Assembly (NCBI GenBank): GCA_964535795.1
Contig: CAZHTG010000005.1
Location: 13,328-77,327 of the forward strand
Reading direction: 5' to 3'
DNA length: 64,000 nucleotides
Source: an uncultured Rikenella sp.
GTDB taxonomy: Bacteria; Bacteroidota; Bacteroidia; Bacteroidales; VadinHA17
Shown: in pieces, positions 56,447-64,000 of the stretch
Layout: every line of letters begins with the position of its first letter
How positions within the stretch are numbered: the first letter of the stretch is position 1
The notes under the pieces: model-generated
Databases searched by the model: none
Seen by the model: only the letters and a program-made list of their open reading frames with translations
Told to the model about the DNA's origin: nothing
Made by a program: the position numbers and the translations under genes

Positions 56447-57619
56447 TTATTTCACATCATAACTCTCCGGCAGTCCGAGTTTTTCCTTCAGTTTCCTGTT
56501 ATATTCCTGTGAATCCTTTGCCGCCTCATCCACATTATAGTAGTGTTTGGGGTATTTCTTGTCCGCCCCCATTGTAATTACGTATCCAATTGTCCCTATA
56601 ACAATTCCGGCCGTAGCTACTCCTATCTCCCAGTCCGGAGCCGTTGTTCCGTCAGGATGAAGGAAAGGTTTGTCCACCAGTATATCCACCAGTACCGGAC
56701 CGCCAATGAGCAGTGCGCCAAGGAACATGCCAGCGCCTATGCTCGTCTGTCTTGTCACCGACCTTTGTATGGCTGCATGTCTGTTGATCACATTCTGGTT
56801 TTCGGCCAGGTTTGCCAGGCCGAGATCGCCTATCTCCTTCACACCGCCCTGGATAATCTTGAAGTCTGAGATCTGGGTGGTATTTGTCACCGATGAGGAA
56901 TAGCCATAGTAACCATAGAACCCCGGGAAAAGGGTGCTTGCCCCCTGGGTTGTACTAACGGAGTTTGTTGAAAAGATTACATCCACCTTTTTGGCGTGGT
57001 ATTCCTCACGTTCCTTCGATTTGCTCTCCATTATCTTCTCGGCCACCTGGCCGTCATTCTTAATAAGGACTGTGGTGGTCTGGCCCGGATTAATTGCGAT
57101 CAGCTCTCCAAAGATGCTCACACCGTCCTTCATAACCTTCAGGTAGTGGTTGCCTGCAGGAACTGAATTTATTACCTTCAGGTCATCCCCCTGCTTGCTC
57201 TCGTTAAGATATACGGTGATTCCGGTGAATTCAGAAAATATGTTCAGCGTCCCTGTTCCTGTTGCAGATGAAGGAGTTCCCTGTGCCGCCGGCTGAACAC
57301 CGGTTGGTGCGGAAGGCCTTGCATCAGTTCCAGCGACAGGCTGTGTGGCTGTTCCTGAGGCATCAATCAGGACCGAGGTGACTTCGCCGGCCTTTATTGT
57401 AACAATATTGCTGTAGACCCTTGCGCCATCCCGGTTCAGGGCTTTTACGTAGTGCGTCCCGGATGGAAGTGATATGGTTTGATAGTCAGGATGCTGAATT
57501 TCATCGACATACACTACTACCGGTTCCTCGGAGAAGATTTTGAGAGTACCCGAATTCTGTGCAAATGCTGATGAAACGCTTATCAGCAGTAAAACGATAA
57601 AAGTGGTGAGAGTTTTCAT
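56447..57619 (-). CDS. secreted/membrane protein with two PEGA-like beta-sandwich domains and a C-terminal two-TM region
   Basis: A signal peptide is followed by GTLKIFSEEPVVVYVDE...GTHYVKALN...AGEVTSVLID and a second copy, GTLNIFSEFTGITVYLNE...GNHYLKVMK. A Pro/Ala/Thr linker joins them. Two hydrophobic helices lie near the C-terminus. Confidence 0.55.
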   Translation of the reverse strand: MKTLTTFIVLLLISVSSAFAQNSGTLKIFSEEPVVVYVDEIQHPDYQTISLPSGTHYVKALNRDGARVYSNIVTIKAGEVTSVLIDASGTATQPVAGTDARPSAPTGVQPAAQGTPSSATGTGTLNIFSEFTGITVYLNESKQGDDLKVINSVPAGNHYLKVMKDGVSIFGELIAINPGQTTTVLIKNDGQVAEKIMESKSKEREEYHAKKVDVIFSTNSVSTTQGASTLFPGFYGYYGYSSSVTNTTQISDFKIIQGGVKEIGDLGLANLAENQNVINRHAAIQRSVTRQTSIGAGMFLGALLIGGPVLVDILVDKPFLHPDGTTAPDWEIGVATAGIVIGTIGYVITMGADKKYPKHYYNVDEAAKDSQEYNRKLKEKLGLPESYDVK

Positions 57620-57640
57620 ATGCAGTTCTTTAAATTAAGC

Positions 57641-58666
57641 CTAATTTGAGAAATAATTGTCCTTGAATGATTTCTTATAGTCGTACCCGTTGAGTCTGAG
57701 CTTACGTGCCTGCGCCTCAGCCCCGAGCGGGCCGCTTGTATAGATGACTCCGGCAAGGGGAGCAGTTGTATATGCCAGGCCAACCATTATATTATTCCCT
57801 GTGCCTGGATCGATCCAGGTATGGAGTATCAGAGCCTTCTTCCTCCTGAGTGCCTCAAGGATACGCCCGTCATCCTCACTGTACCCGTCCAGGAAAACCT
57901 TATCAGTGGTGGTGGGGTCACCGTAGATGCCAGTTACATCATTTACCATGCGGTTGAACTCCGGGAATGGTACCTCCTTCTTGTCAAGTTTCAGTTTCGA
58001 GTTGGCGTTGTAGACTGAAGGATAACCAACAATAATCTGGAAGAGTTTCTGATCTATGAACCTGAATTCAACCAGGTAAACTGCAGACCCGTACCGAATA
58101 GCATAGGCATTGTAGCCGGTATTCCTCTCCGCCCTGGCTGATTTTGGTGTCATTATCCTGTCCACATCCTTTATATTCATCCCAAAGGATACACCGAAAG
58201 CGCCTCCCATATCAGCCGGAAGAGTACCTCCTGTCTGTCCGATATCGATAGTCTGTTCAGGTTTAGGGGGGGCTGCAGGCAGAGGATCGGACTTTTCTGA
58301 AGGCTTCCCGGTTTGCTGGTTTGATGCAGCCTGGCCATAAGTAATCCCTGTCTGTGCAACAGGAGCCTGGACTTGTGGTGTTTCGATAAGTACCGATGTA
58401 ACTTCATTGGCTCTTACGGAGACTATCTCACTGTAAATCCTCACACCTTCACTGTTTATTGCCTTGACGTAATGCGTCCCTGGAACCAGCTGTATCTCAC
58501 TGTATTGAGGACAATGGACCTCGTCGACATAAACAACAAGGGGCTTATCCGAGAATATTTTAAGTATTCCCTCTGATGACTGACCTGATACGGCATATAC
58601 GGAAAGGATAACCAAAACGAAAAACGCCGACAGGTGTTTGATGGCATAACGGTTGTCACAGTTCAT
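57641..58666 (-). CDS. secreted protein with one PEGA-like domain (paralog of the downstream gene) and an unknown C-terminal domain
   Basis: GILKIFSDKPLVVYVDE...GTHYVKAIN...ANEVTSVLIE aligns with the neighbouring gene. I place the start at MNCDNRY (58666), which gives a signal peptide. The ORF track extends to 58768. Confidence 0.5.
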   Translation of the reverse strand: MNCDNRYAIKHLSAFFVLVILSVYAVSGQSSEGILKIFSDKPLVVYVDEVHCPQYSEIQLVPGTHYVKAINSEGVRIYSEIVSVRANEVTSVLIETPQVQAPVAQTGITYGQAASNQQTGKPSEKSDPLPAAPPKPEQTIDIGQTGGTLPADMGGAFGVSFGMNIKDVDRIMTPKSARAERNTGYNAYAIRYGSAVYLVEFRFIDQKLFQIIVGYPSVYNANSKLKLDKKEVPFPEFNRMVNDVTGIYGDPTTTDKVFLDGYSEDDGRILEALRRKKALILHTWIDPGTGNNIMVGLAYTTAPLAGVIYTSGPLGAEAQARKLRLNGYDYKKSFKDNYFSN

Positions 58667-58940
58667 GAAAGAAGATTTTTGTTGATGGGATTTTCTGAAG
58701 CAATTCAAATAGTAAACATAATCAATGGCGCAATATGTAAACGTAATCAAAGGCTCAATGTTACACAACGTTTGACCAGTGTCTATTTTTTAACAGTGAA
58801 CCCCAAAGATTTGAACACCAGGCAACCTCTTTCAGCATGCAGCATCGGTCACAGGAAGGTCAAAGGTCACCTCTTCTTCTTCGATCCAACCCCGTTCACT
58901 CATGACTTTTTGTTGTATTTTTACAGCCCAAACGGGAACA

Positions 58941-61900
58941 ATGAAGGATGAAATAAAAAAGGTTCTGCTGTTAGGCTCGGGAGCCCTCAAGATAGGTGAA
59001 GCGGGCGAGTTTGACTACTCGGGCTCACAGGCACTGAAGGCCCTGAGGGAAGAGGGCATCTTCACTGTGCTTATCAATCCGAACATCGCGACGGTACAGA
59101 CCTCGGAAAAAATTGCCGACAAGATCTACTTTCTCCCGGTAACGCCGAAATTTGTAGAGCGTGTCATTGAGCGTGAGAAGCCTGACGGTGTTCTGCTCTC
59201 ATTCGGAGGGCAGACGGCGCTCAACTGCGGGACGGCTCTCTTCCGCAGCGGGGTCTTTGAAAAATACGGGGTGAAGGTTCTTGGCACTCCCGTGGAGGCG
59301 ATCATGAACACCGAGGACCGGGAGCTCTTCGTGATTAAGCTCGATGAGATAGGGGTCAGGACGCCGCGTAGCATAGCCGTTACCACTGTTGATGATGCCC
59401 TTGATGCTGCCTCGAAGCTGGGGTTCCCCATAATTATCCGCGCAGCCTATACGCTGGGAGGTCAGGGCAGCGGATTCTGCTCTGATACTGAAGAACTTAA
59501 AGCTCTTGCAGCCCGCGCCTTCTCCTACTCCGGCCAGATACTCGTAGAGGAGTCGCTCAAAGGCTGGAAGGAGGTTGAATATGAGGTGGTGCGCGACCGT
59601 TTCGACAACTGCATCACCGTGTGCAACATGGAGAACTTCGATCCGCTCGGAATACACACAGGCGAGAGCATCGTGGTTGCCCCCTCTCAGACACTCACCA
59701 ACAGTGAATACCATAAGCTGAGGGAGCTGTCGATAAAGATTATCCGCCACATAGGAATAATAGGAGAATGTAACGTTCAGTATGCTCTTGACCCCAACTC
59801 CGAGGATTACCGTGTAATAGAGGTCAATGCACGCCTCTCGCGCTCCAGTGCCCTGGCTTCAAAGGCAACGGGCTACCCGCTGGCGTTCGTGGCTGCCAAG
59901 CTGGCACTGGGATACGGGCTGCACCAGCTGAAGAACTCCGTCACAAAGACAACCACAGCATGTTTTGAACCTGCCCTTGACTATATCGTATGCAAGATAC
60001 CCCGCTGGGACCTGAACAAGTTCCAGGGAGTGGCTCATGAGATTGGCAGCAGCATGAAGAGTGTGGGGGAGATAATGGCCATTGGCCGCACCTTTGAAGA
60101 GGCTATCCAGAAGGGTCTGAGGATGATAGGGCTGGGCATGCACGGCTTCGTCAGCAACCGTAACCTCAGTTTCAGTGACATTGAGAAGGAGCTCTCGGAG
60201 CCCACTGACATGCGCATTTTTTCCATTGCCGAGGCGCTGGAGAAGGGATTTGATGTTGACCGCATCCATGAGCTGACCAGGATAGACCGCTGGTTCCTGT
60301 ATAAGCTCGAGAACATTGACAACATACGTAAGCAGCTTGAAACATATGACTCGATTGAGAGCGTCGGCCCCAGGGAGTTTCTTCATGCCAAGATCAACGG
60401 ATTCAGCGATTTTCAGATAGCGCGGCATGTGATCAAGCCTGACAACAGGGCTATGAATGACGCCATGCTCAGTGTGAGGCGTCACCGCAAGAGCCAGGGA
60501 ATAGTACCCTATGTAAAGCAGATTGACACTCTCGCCGCCGAGTACCCTGCCGTCACAAACTATCTCTACATGACCTACAGCGGGATGGAGCACGACATAT
60601 GGTATGAGAACGACAAGCGTTCTGTGATAGTGCTGGGTTCCGGCGCATACCGGATAGGGTCGAGTGTGGAATTCGACTGGTGCTCTGTAAATGCCATCAA
60701 CACCATAAGGCGTGAAGGATTCAGGGGTGTGATGATAAATTACAATCCGGAGACCGTCAGCACCGATTATGACATGTGCGACAGGCTCTATTTTGACGAG
60801 CTGTCGTTTGAGCGGGTGATGGATATCATTGACCTCGAGACACCCCGTGGTGTCATACTTTCGATGGGCGGCCAGATACCCAATAACCTGGCAATGAGGC
60901 TGCACAGGCAGGGAGTGCCCATACTGGGAACACCGCCGGAGTCGATTGACAGGGCTGAAGACAGGCATAAGTTCTCCTCGATGTGCGACATGCTGGGAGT
61001 TGACCAGCCACGGTGGAGGGAGCTGCTGAGCTTTGAGGAGATTGACAGGTTTATTGCCGACATCGGGTTCCCGGTGCTGATTCGTCCGTCATATGTTCTT
61101 TCGGGGGCCGCGATGAACGTGGTCTCCAACCGCAGCGAGCTGGTTCATTTCCTTGAGCTGGCCGCCAGCGTCTCCAAGGAGCACCCGGTGGTTGTGTCGG
61201 AGTTCATTGAATATGCCAAGGAGATAGAAATTGACGCGGTGGCATCTTCCGGCGAGATAGTGGCTTATGCCATCAGCGAGCATGTGGAGTACGCGGGGGT
61301 GCACTCGGGCGATGCCACGATAGTCTTTCCCCCGCAGAAGATCTATTTTGAGACTGTCAGGCGCATAAAAAGGATCTCCAGGGAGATAGCCCGGGAGCTT
61401 AATATCTCAGGGCCCTTTAACATACAGTTCCTCGCCCGCGAGAACGACATCAAGGTCATTGAGTGCAACCTGCGTGCCAGCCGTAGCATGCCGTTCGTAT
61501 CAAAGGTTCTTAAGACGAACCTGATAGAGCTGGCCACGAAAGTGATGCTGGGCGTACACTGGGAGAAGCCCCACAAGTCGGTCTTTGACCTTGATTATGT
61601 AGGGGTAAAGGCATCACAGTTCAGCTTCTCACGCCTGGCCAAGGCTGATCCGGTGCTGGGTGTGGATATGGCTTCAACGGGTGAGGTGGGATGTATCGGA
61701 GACAGTTTCTTTGAGGCGTTGTTAAAGGCAATGTATTCAGTCGGTTACCGCATGCCGGAGAAGGCGGTGCTTATCTCTTCCGGTCCGGCCAAGGCCAAGG
61801 CCGACCTGCTGGAGGCGACGAGGCTGCTGCGCGACCGGGGTTACAAGCTCTATGCCACACGCGGCACACAGCAGTTCCTGGCCAACGCCGGGGTGGAGGC

Positions 61901-62159
61901 CGAGGTGGCCTTCTGGCCTGACGAGAAAGATTCGCCCAACACCGTAGACCTGATCCGGCAGAGGGTGGTTGACCTGGTGATAAACATCCCCAAGGACCTG
62001 TCGGCCACGGAGCTGAACAACGACTACCAGATCCGGCGCAGCGCGGTTGACTACAACATCCCCCTGATCACCAACGCCCGTCTGGCATCGGCTTTCATCC
62101 ATGCCTTCTGCAGCGTGGCGGAGAGTGAGCTGGAGATAAAGGCGTGGGATGAGTATTAG
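58941..62159 (+). CDS. carB: carbamoyl-phosphate synthase large subunit
   Basis: Duplicated ATP-grasp halves and an MGS-like tail, opening with MKDEIKKVLLLGSGALKIGEAGEFDYSGSQA. I place the start at 58941. Confidence 0.95.
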   Translation: MKDEIKKVLLLGSGALKIGEAGEFDYSGSQALKALREEGIFTVLINPNIATVQTSEKIADKIYFLPVTPKFVERVIEREKPDGVLLSFGGQTALNCGTALFRSGVFEKYGVKVLGTPVEAIMNTEDRELFVIKLDEIGVRTPRSIAVTTVDDALDAASKLGFPIIIRAAYTLGGQGSGFCSDTEELKALAARAFSYSGQILVEESLKGWKEVEYEVVRDRFDNCITVCNMENFDPLGIHTGESIVVAPSQTLTNSEYHKLRELSIKIIRHIGIIGECNVQYALDPNSEDYRVIEVNARLSRSSALASKATGYPLAFVAAKLALGYGLHQLKNSVTKTTTACFEPALDYIVCKIPRWDLNKFQGVAHEIGSSMKSVGEIMAIGRTFEEAIQKGLRMIGLGMHGFVSNRNLSFSDIEKELSEPTDMRIFSIAEALEKGFDVDRIHELTRIDRWFLYKLENIDNIRKQLETYDSIESVGPREFLHAKINGFSDFQIARHVIKPDNRAMNDAMLSVRRHRKSQGIVPYVKQIDTLAAEYPAVTNYLYMTYSGMEHDIWYENDKRSVIVLGSGAYRIGSSVEFDWCSVNAINTIRREGFRGVMINYNPETVSTDYDMCDRLYFDELSFERVMDIIDLETPRGVILSMGGQIPNNLAMRLHRQGVPILGTPPESIDRAEDRHKFSSMCDMLGVDQPRWRELLSFEEIDRFIADIGFPVLIRPSYVLSGAAMNVVSNRSELVHFLELAASVSKEHPVVVSEFIEYAKEIEIDAVASSGEIVAYAISEHVEYAGVHSGDATIVFPPQKIYFETVRRIKRISREIARELNISGPFNIQFLARENDIKVIECNLRASRSMPFVSKVLKTNLIELATKVMLGVHWEKPHKSVFDLDYVGVKASQFSFSRLAKADPVLGVDMASTGEVGCIGDSFFEALLKAMYSVGYRMPEKAVLISSGPAKAKADLLEATRLLRDRGYKLYATRGTQQFLANAGVEAEVAFWPDEKDSPNTVDLIRQRVVDLVINIPKDLSATELNNDYQIRRSAVDYNIPLITNARLASAFIHAFCSVAESELEIKAWDEY

Positions 62160-62168
62160 GCAGGCTTT

Positions 62169-62217
62169 GGCAATAGGCAGTTATTGCGCGTAGCGCATAA
62201 AGTATTGTAGGCAATAG
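62169..62217 (+). repeat. composite element: GGCAATA heptamers flanking a hairpin-tail motif
   Basis: The sequence reads ggcaataggcagttat tgcgc-gta-gcgca taaagtattgta ggcaatag. It starts 10 nt after the carB stop. Confidence 0.9.
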
Positions 62218-62249
62218 AATTTTCGGAAATTTTTAATACCCATAGCCAA

Positions 62250-62744
62250 ATGATAACCATACGAAAAGCCCACTCTCACGATGCAACAACAATCATCGCA
62301 TTTCAGCAGGCCATGGCCAGGGAGACAGAAGGCCTTGAGCTGAAGAGTGAATTGATCACCAACGGCGTCTTGGCTGTCTTCCGCGATGAGAACAAAGGCT
62401 TTTACTATGTGGCCGAAGAGAACGGCACGGTGATGGCGTCACTGATGATCACCTTCGAGTGGAGCGACTGGCGCAACGCAAATATCTGGTGGTTCCAGTC
62501 GGTCTATGTTATTCCTGAATACCGCCGCAGGGGGATCTTCAGGATGATGTATGATCACGTCAGGAAGGAGGGCATGGCGCAGGGCATTGCCGGACTGCGT
62601 CTCTACGTGGAGTCGGAGAACACCCGCGCCCAGAAGACTTACGAAGCGATGGGCATGGACGGGTCGCACTACAAAACGTTTGAGTGGATGGCGGATCAGG
62701 CAATAGAGGGGCGAGCGATTAGTAATGACCCGGTAGGTCATTAG
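62250..62744 (+). CDS. GNAT-family N-acetyltransferase
   Basis: An acetyl-CoA-binding motif (VIPEYRRRGIFRMM), 164 aa. Confidence 0.85.
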   Translation: MITIRKAHSHDATTIIAFQQAMARETEGLELKSELITNGVLAVFRDENKGFYYVAEENGTVMASLMITFEWSDWRNANIWWFQSVYVIPEYRRRGIFRMMYDHVRKEGMAQGIAGLRLYVESENTRAQKTYEAMGMDGSHYKTFEWMADQAIEGRAISNDPVGH

Positions 62745-62771
62745 CATGAGCAGCCAGACTGAAGGGTGGGC

Positions 62772-62889
62772 GGCAATAGGCAGTAGCCGCAAATTGCGCG
62801 TACCGCACCTGTTTTTGCAGACGACTGGTAATAAAACTATAAGTGTGCGTAGCAGCCTGCCCCGATATATCGGGGCATAAAGTATTGTA
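62772..62889 (+). repeat. composite element: heptamers, a degenerate hairpin motif and an intact hairpin-tail motif
   Basis: ggcaataggcagtag (62772-62786) comes first. tgcgcgtaccgca (62795-62807) is a degenerate copy with one stem mismatch. tgccccga-tata-tcggggca taaagtattgta (62858-62889) follows. A tail-only copy, ataaagtattga, lies at 62929-62940. Confidence 0.85.
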
Positions 62890-62958
62890 GAAATGTATGT
62901 TATATATAAGTTCTGTTCCTTGGAGAGGATAAAGTATTGATAATTTTAGAAGTCTTAA

Positions 62959-64000
62959 ATGACCTGGTTCCTGGTTCCGGTTGCTGTTTATTCCATTGGG
63001 ATTTTGATCCTTTGGCTGATTTTGCAGGGAAGGCGTACTGAAATCCCCTCTGCCGCCGGTCCATTGCCACGGATCACTGTTGTGGTTGCGGCAAGGAATG
63101 AAGAAAAGAACATTTCAGCCCTGCTTGAGTCACTTTCGCATCAGGACTACCCCCCGGATCTCCTTGATATTATTATAGTCAATGACAACTCAACTGACAG
63201 GACTCCCATTATTGTCAGTGAATTCATCAGGGAGCACGGGGTGGCGGATCATTTCAGGCTTATATACAATCTCTCGCCCGGCAAAAAGAATGCAATCCGC
63301 CACGGGGTGATTAAGGCAGCCGGGGAATTGATCATCACCACTGATGCCGACTGTCTTGTCGGGCCGGGTTGGGTCAGCGCTCACGCGGCGGCGTATGGGC
63401 TGTTAGAAGAAAGCGCTAACGCGGGGGCGTATGGGCCGTCTGGGGGAAGCGCTCACGCGGCGGCGTATTGTCCAAATGGGGGAAGTACTCACCCGGCTGC
63501 AGGAGCGCCGGGGAACGCTGACATGATTGTGGGAGAGGTTTACCAGGGGCCGCCGGGGGGGGTTGTCTCGCTTTTTGGCATGTTTGAGTTCTCAGCGCTG
63601 CAGGCGATTACCGAGGCTGCCGTCGTCGCGGGCCGGCCTGTGATGTGCAACGCCGCGAACATGTCATTCAGGAAGGATATTTATCTCCGGCACTTCGCCG
63701 AACTGCGGGCTGAACTGCCTTCGGGTGACGATATTTTCCTGTTGCATGCCGTCAGGCGTGCGGGTGGCAGGGTCCGGTATGCGGGCAGCAGTGCGGCGGC
63801 GGTGGAGACCGCGGGTGCGGTCACGGCTGCGGCGCTGCTGCGACAGCGTGCCCGCTGGGCATCAAAAACATTCTGGTACAGTGACACCGCCACTCTCACC
63901 CTCGCCGCAGCCACGGCGGCGTGCAACGCCGCCGTCACCGCCGCCGCAGTAGCCTCTATCATATCCCCGGCACACCTGCCGCTTCTGGCGGCCATGTACG
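62959..64000 (+). CDS. family 2 glycosyltransferase, 3'-truncated by the window edge
   Basis: The ATG at 62959 opens a frame with no stop before the window end, so the ORF track does not list it. It has an N-terminal TM helix, then ITVVVAARNEEKNI...IIIVNDNSTDRT...TTDADC, which are GT2 motifs. The C-terminal part is Ala-rich and hydrophobic. Confidence 0.8.
   Translation, partial: MTWFLVPVAVYSIGILILWLILQGRRTEIPSAAGPLPRITVVVAARNEEKNISALLESLSHQDYPPDLLDIIIVNDNSTDRTPIIVSEFIREHGVADHFRLIYNLSPGKKNAIRHGVIKAAGELIITTDADCLVGPGWVSAHAAAYGLLEESANAGAYGPSGGSAHAAAYCPNGGSTHPAAGAPGNADMIVGEVYQGPPGGVVSLFGMFEFSALQAITEAAVVAGRPVMCNAANMSFRKDIYLRHFAELRAELPSGDDIFLLHAVRRAGGRVRYAGSSAAAVETAGAVTAAALLRQRARWASKTFWYSDTATLTLAAATAACNAAVTAAAVASIISPAHLPLLAAMY
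63376..63519 (+). repeat. four in-frame 36-bp tandem repeats inside the GT2 gene
   Basis: The units start at 63376, 63412, 63448 and 63484 and read agcgctcacgcggcggcgtatgggctgttagaagaa, agcgctaacgcgggggcgtatgggccgtctggggga, agcgctcacgcggcggcgtattgtccaaatggggga and agtactcacccggctgcaggagcgccggggaacgct. They encode SAHAAAYGLLEE, SANAGAYGPSGG, SAHAAAYCPNGG and STHPAAGAPGNA. Confidence 0.85.

Noticed and set aside
59859-60968. A 369-aa ORF on the minus strand inside carB. Similar long antisense ORFs occur at 24322-25173 (in recJ), 27792-28571 (in the aminotransferase gene), 53489-54247 (in argH), 54965-55675 (in argG), 4531-5244 (in gpmI), 7177-7773 (in the STAND gene), 43248-43790 (in purH), 45236-45775 (in the ABC permease gene) and 52359-52895 (in carA).
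   Set aside because: Each lies fully antisense to a gene with unmistakable family motifs. Their translations are low-complexity and Arg/Ser/Pro/Leu-rich with no recognisable motifs. They are the open antisense frames expected in moderately GC-rich coding DNA.
63681-63995. Ala/Arg-rich ORFs on both strands at the window end: 63681-63995 (-, 104 aa) and 63725-63952 (+, 75 aa).
   Set aside because: They overlap the open GT2 reading frame, which has clear GT2 motifs upstream in the same frame. They are by-products of the GC-rich GCN-codon stretch.
1-64000. A scan for mobile elements, prophage genes, toxin-antitoxin pairs, restriction-modification or other known defence genes, and for tRNA, rRNA and tmRNA.
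   Set aside because: No transposase, integrase, recombinase, reverse-transcriptase, nuclease-methylase or phage structural motifs were recognised in any frame. No intergenic segment had tRNA-like cloverleaf potential or rRNA-like sequence.

Overview
The window reads as a Bacteroidota-type chromosomal segment, dense in housekeeping genes. Three things support the phylum call: the purH-mreB-mreC-mreD-mrdA-rodA and hpt-adk-obg-PAP2-plsC syntenies, a PorQ/PorV-like outer-membrane gene, and TAnnTTTG -7 promoter boxes 15-70 nt upstream of many start codons. Recognisable genes are lptC-like, a DUF21-CBS hemolysin-family gene, an M20 dipeptidase, gpmI, aroK, parC/parE, plsC, obg, adk, hpt, purE, recJ, a lipA-lipB fusion, lysS, pgi, gpsA, acpH, the rod-shape cluster, purH, rsmA, a patB-like gene, carA, argR-argG-argH, carB, a GNAT gene and a partial GT2 glycosyltransferase. 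I saw no rRNA, tRNA, CRISPR array, transposase, integrase or phage genes. Seven things are not ordinary. (1) A two-gene module sits between aroK and gpmI: a polytopic-membrane HEAT-repeat protein followed by a 1007-aa nSTAND-type P-loop NTPase with one internal TM helix and a C-terminal WD40 propeller. (2) A dispersed family of intergenic elements is built from phase-locked 7-nt tandem units (GGCAATA/GGCAGTA, CTGAAGA, CAGTCGG), often as inverted arrays forming long hairpins. These sit between stop codons and the next promoter, and in one locus they run into the 3' ends of carA and argH. (3) A co-occurring small hairpin plus conserved tail motif (TTGCGCGTAGCGCATAMAGTATTGTA) shows a compensatory stem change between copies. 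(4) A ComEA-like HhH domain is fused to a large outer-membrane beta-barrel, downstream of recJ. (5) LipA and LipB are fused in one ORF. (6) Two ARG-box-like palindromes spaced 21 bp apart overlap the argR -7 box. (7) Four in-frame 36-bp tandem repeats lie inside the GT2 gene. Every functional call rests on motif recognition by eye. No database search was run.
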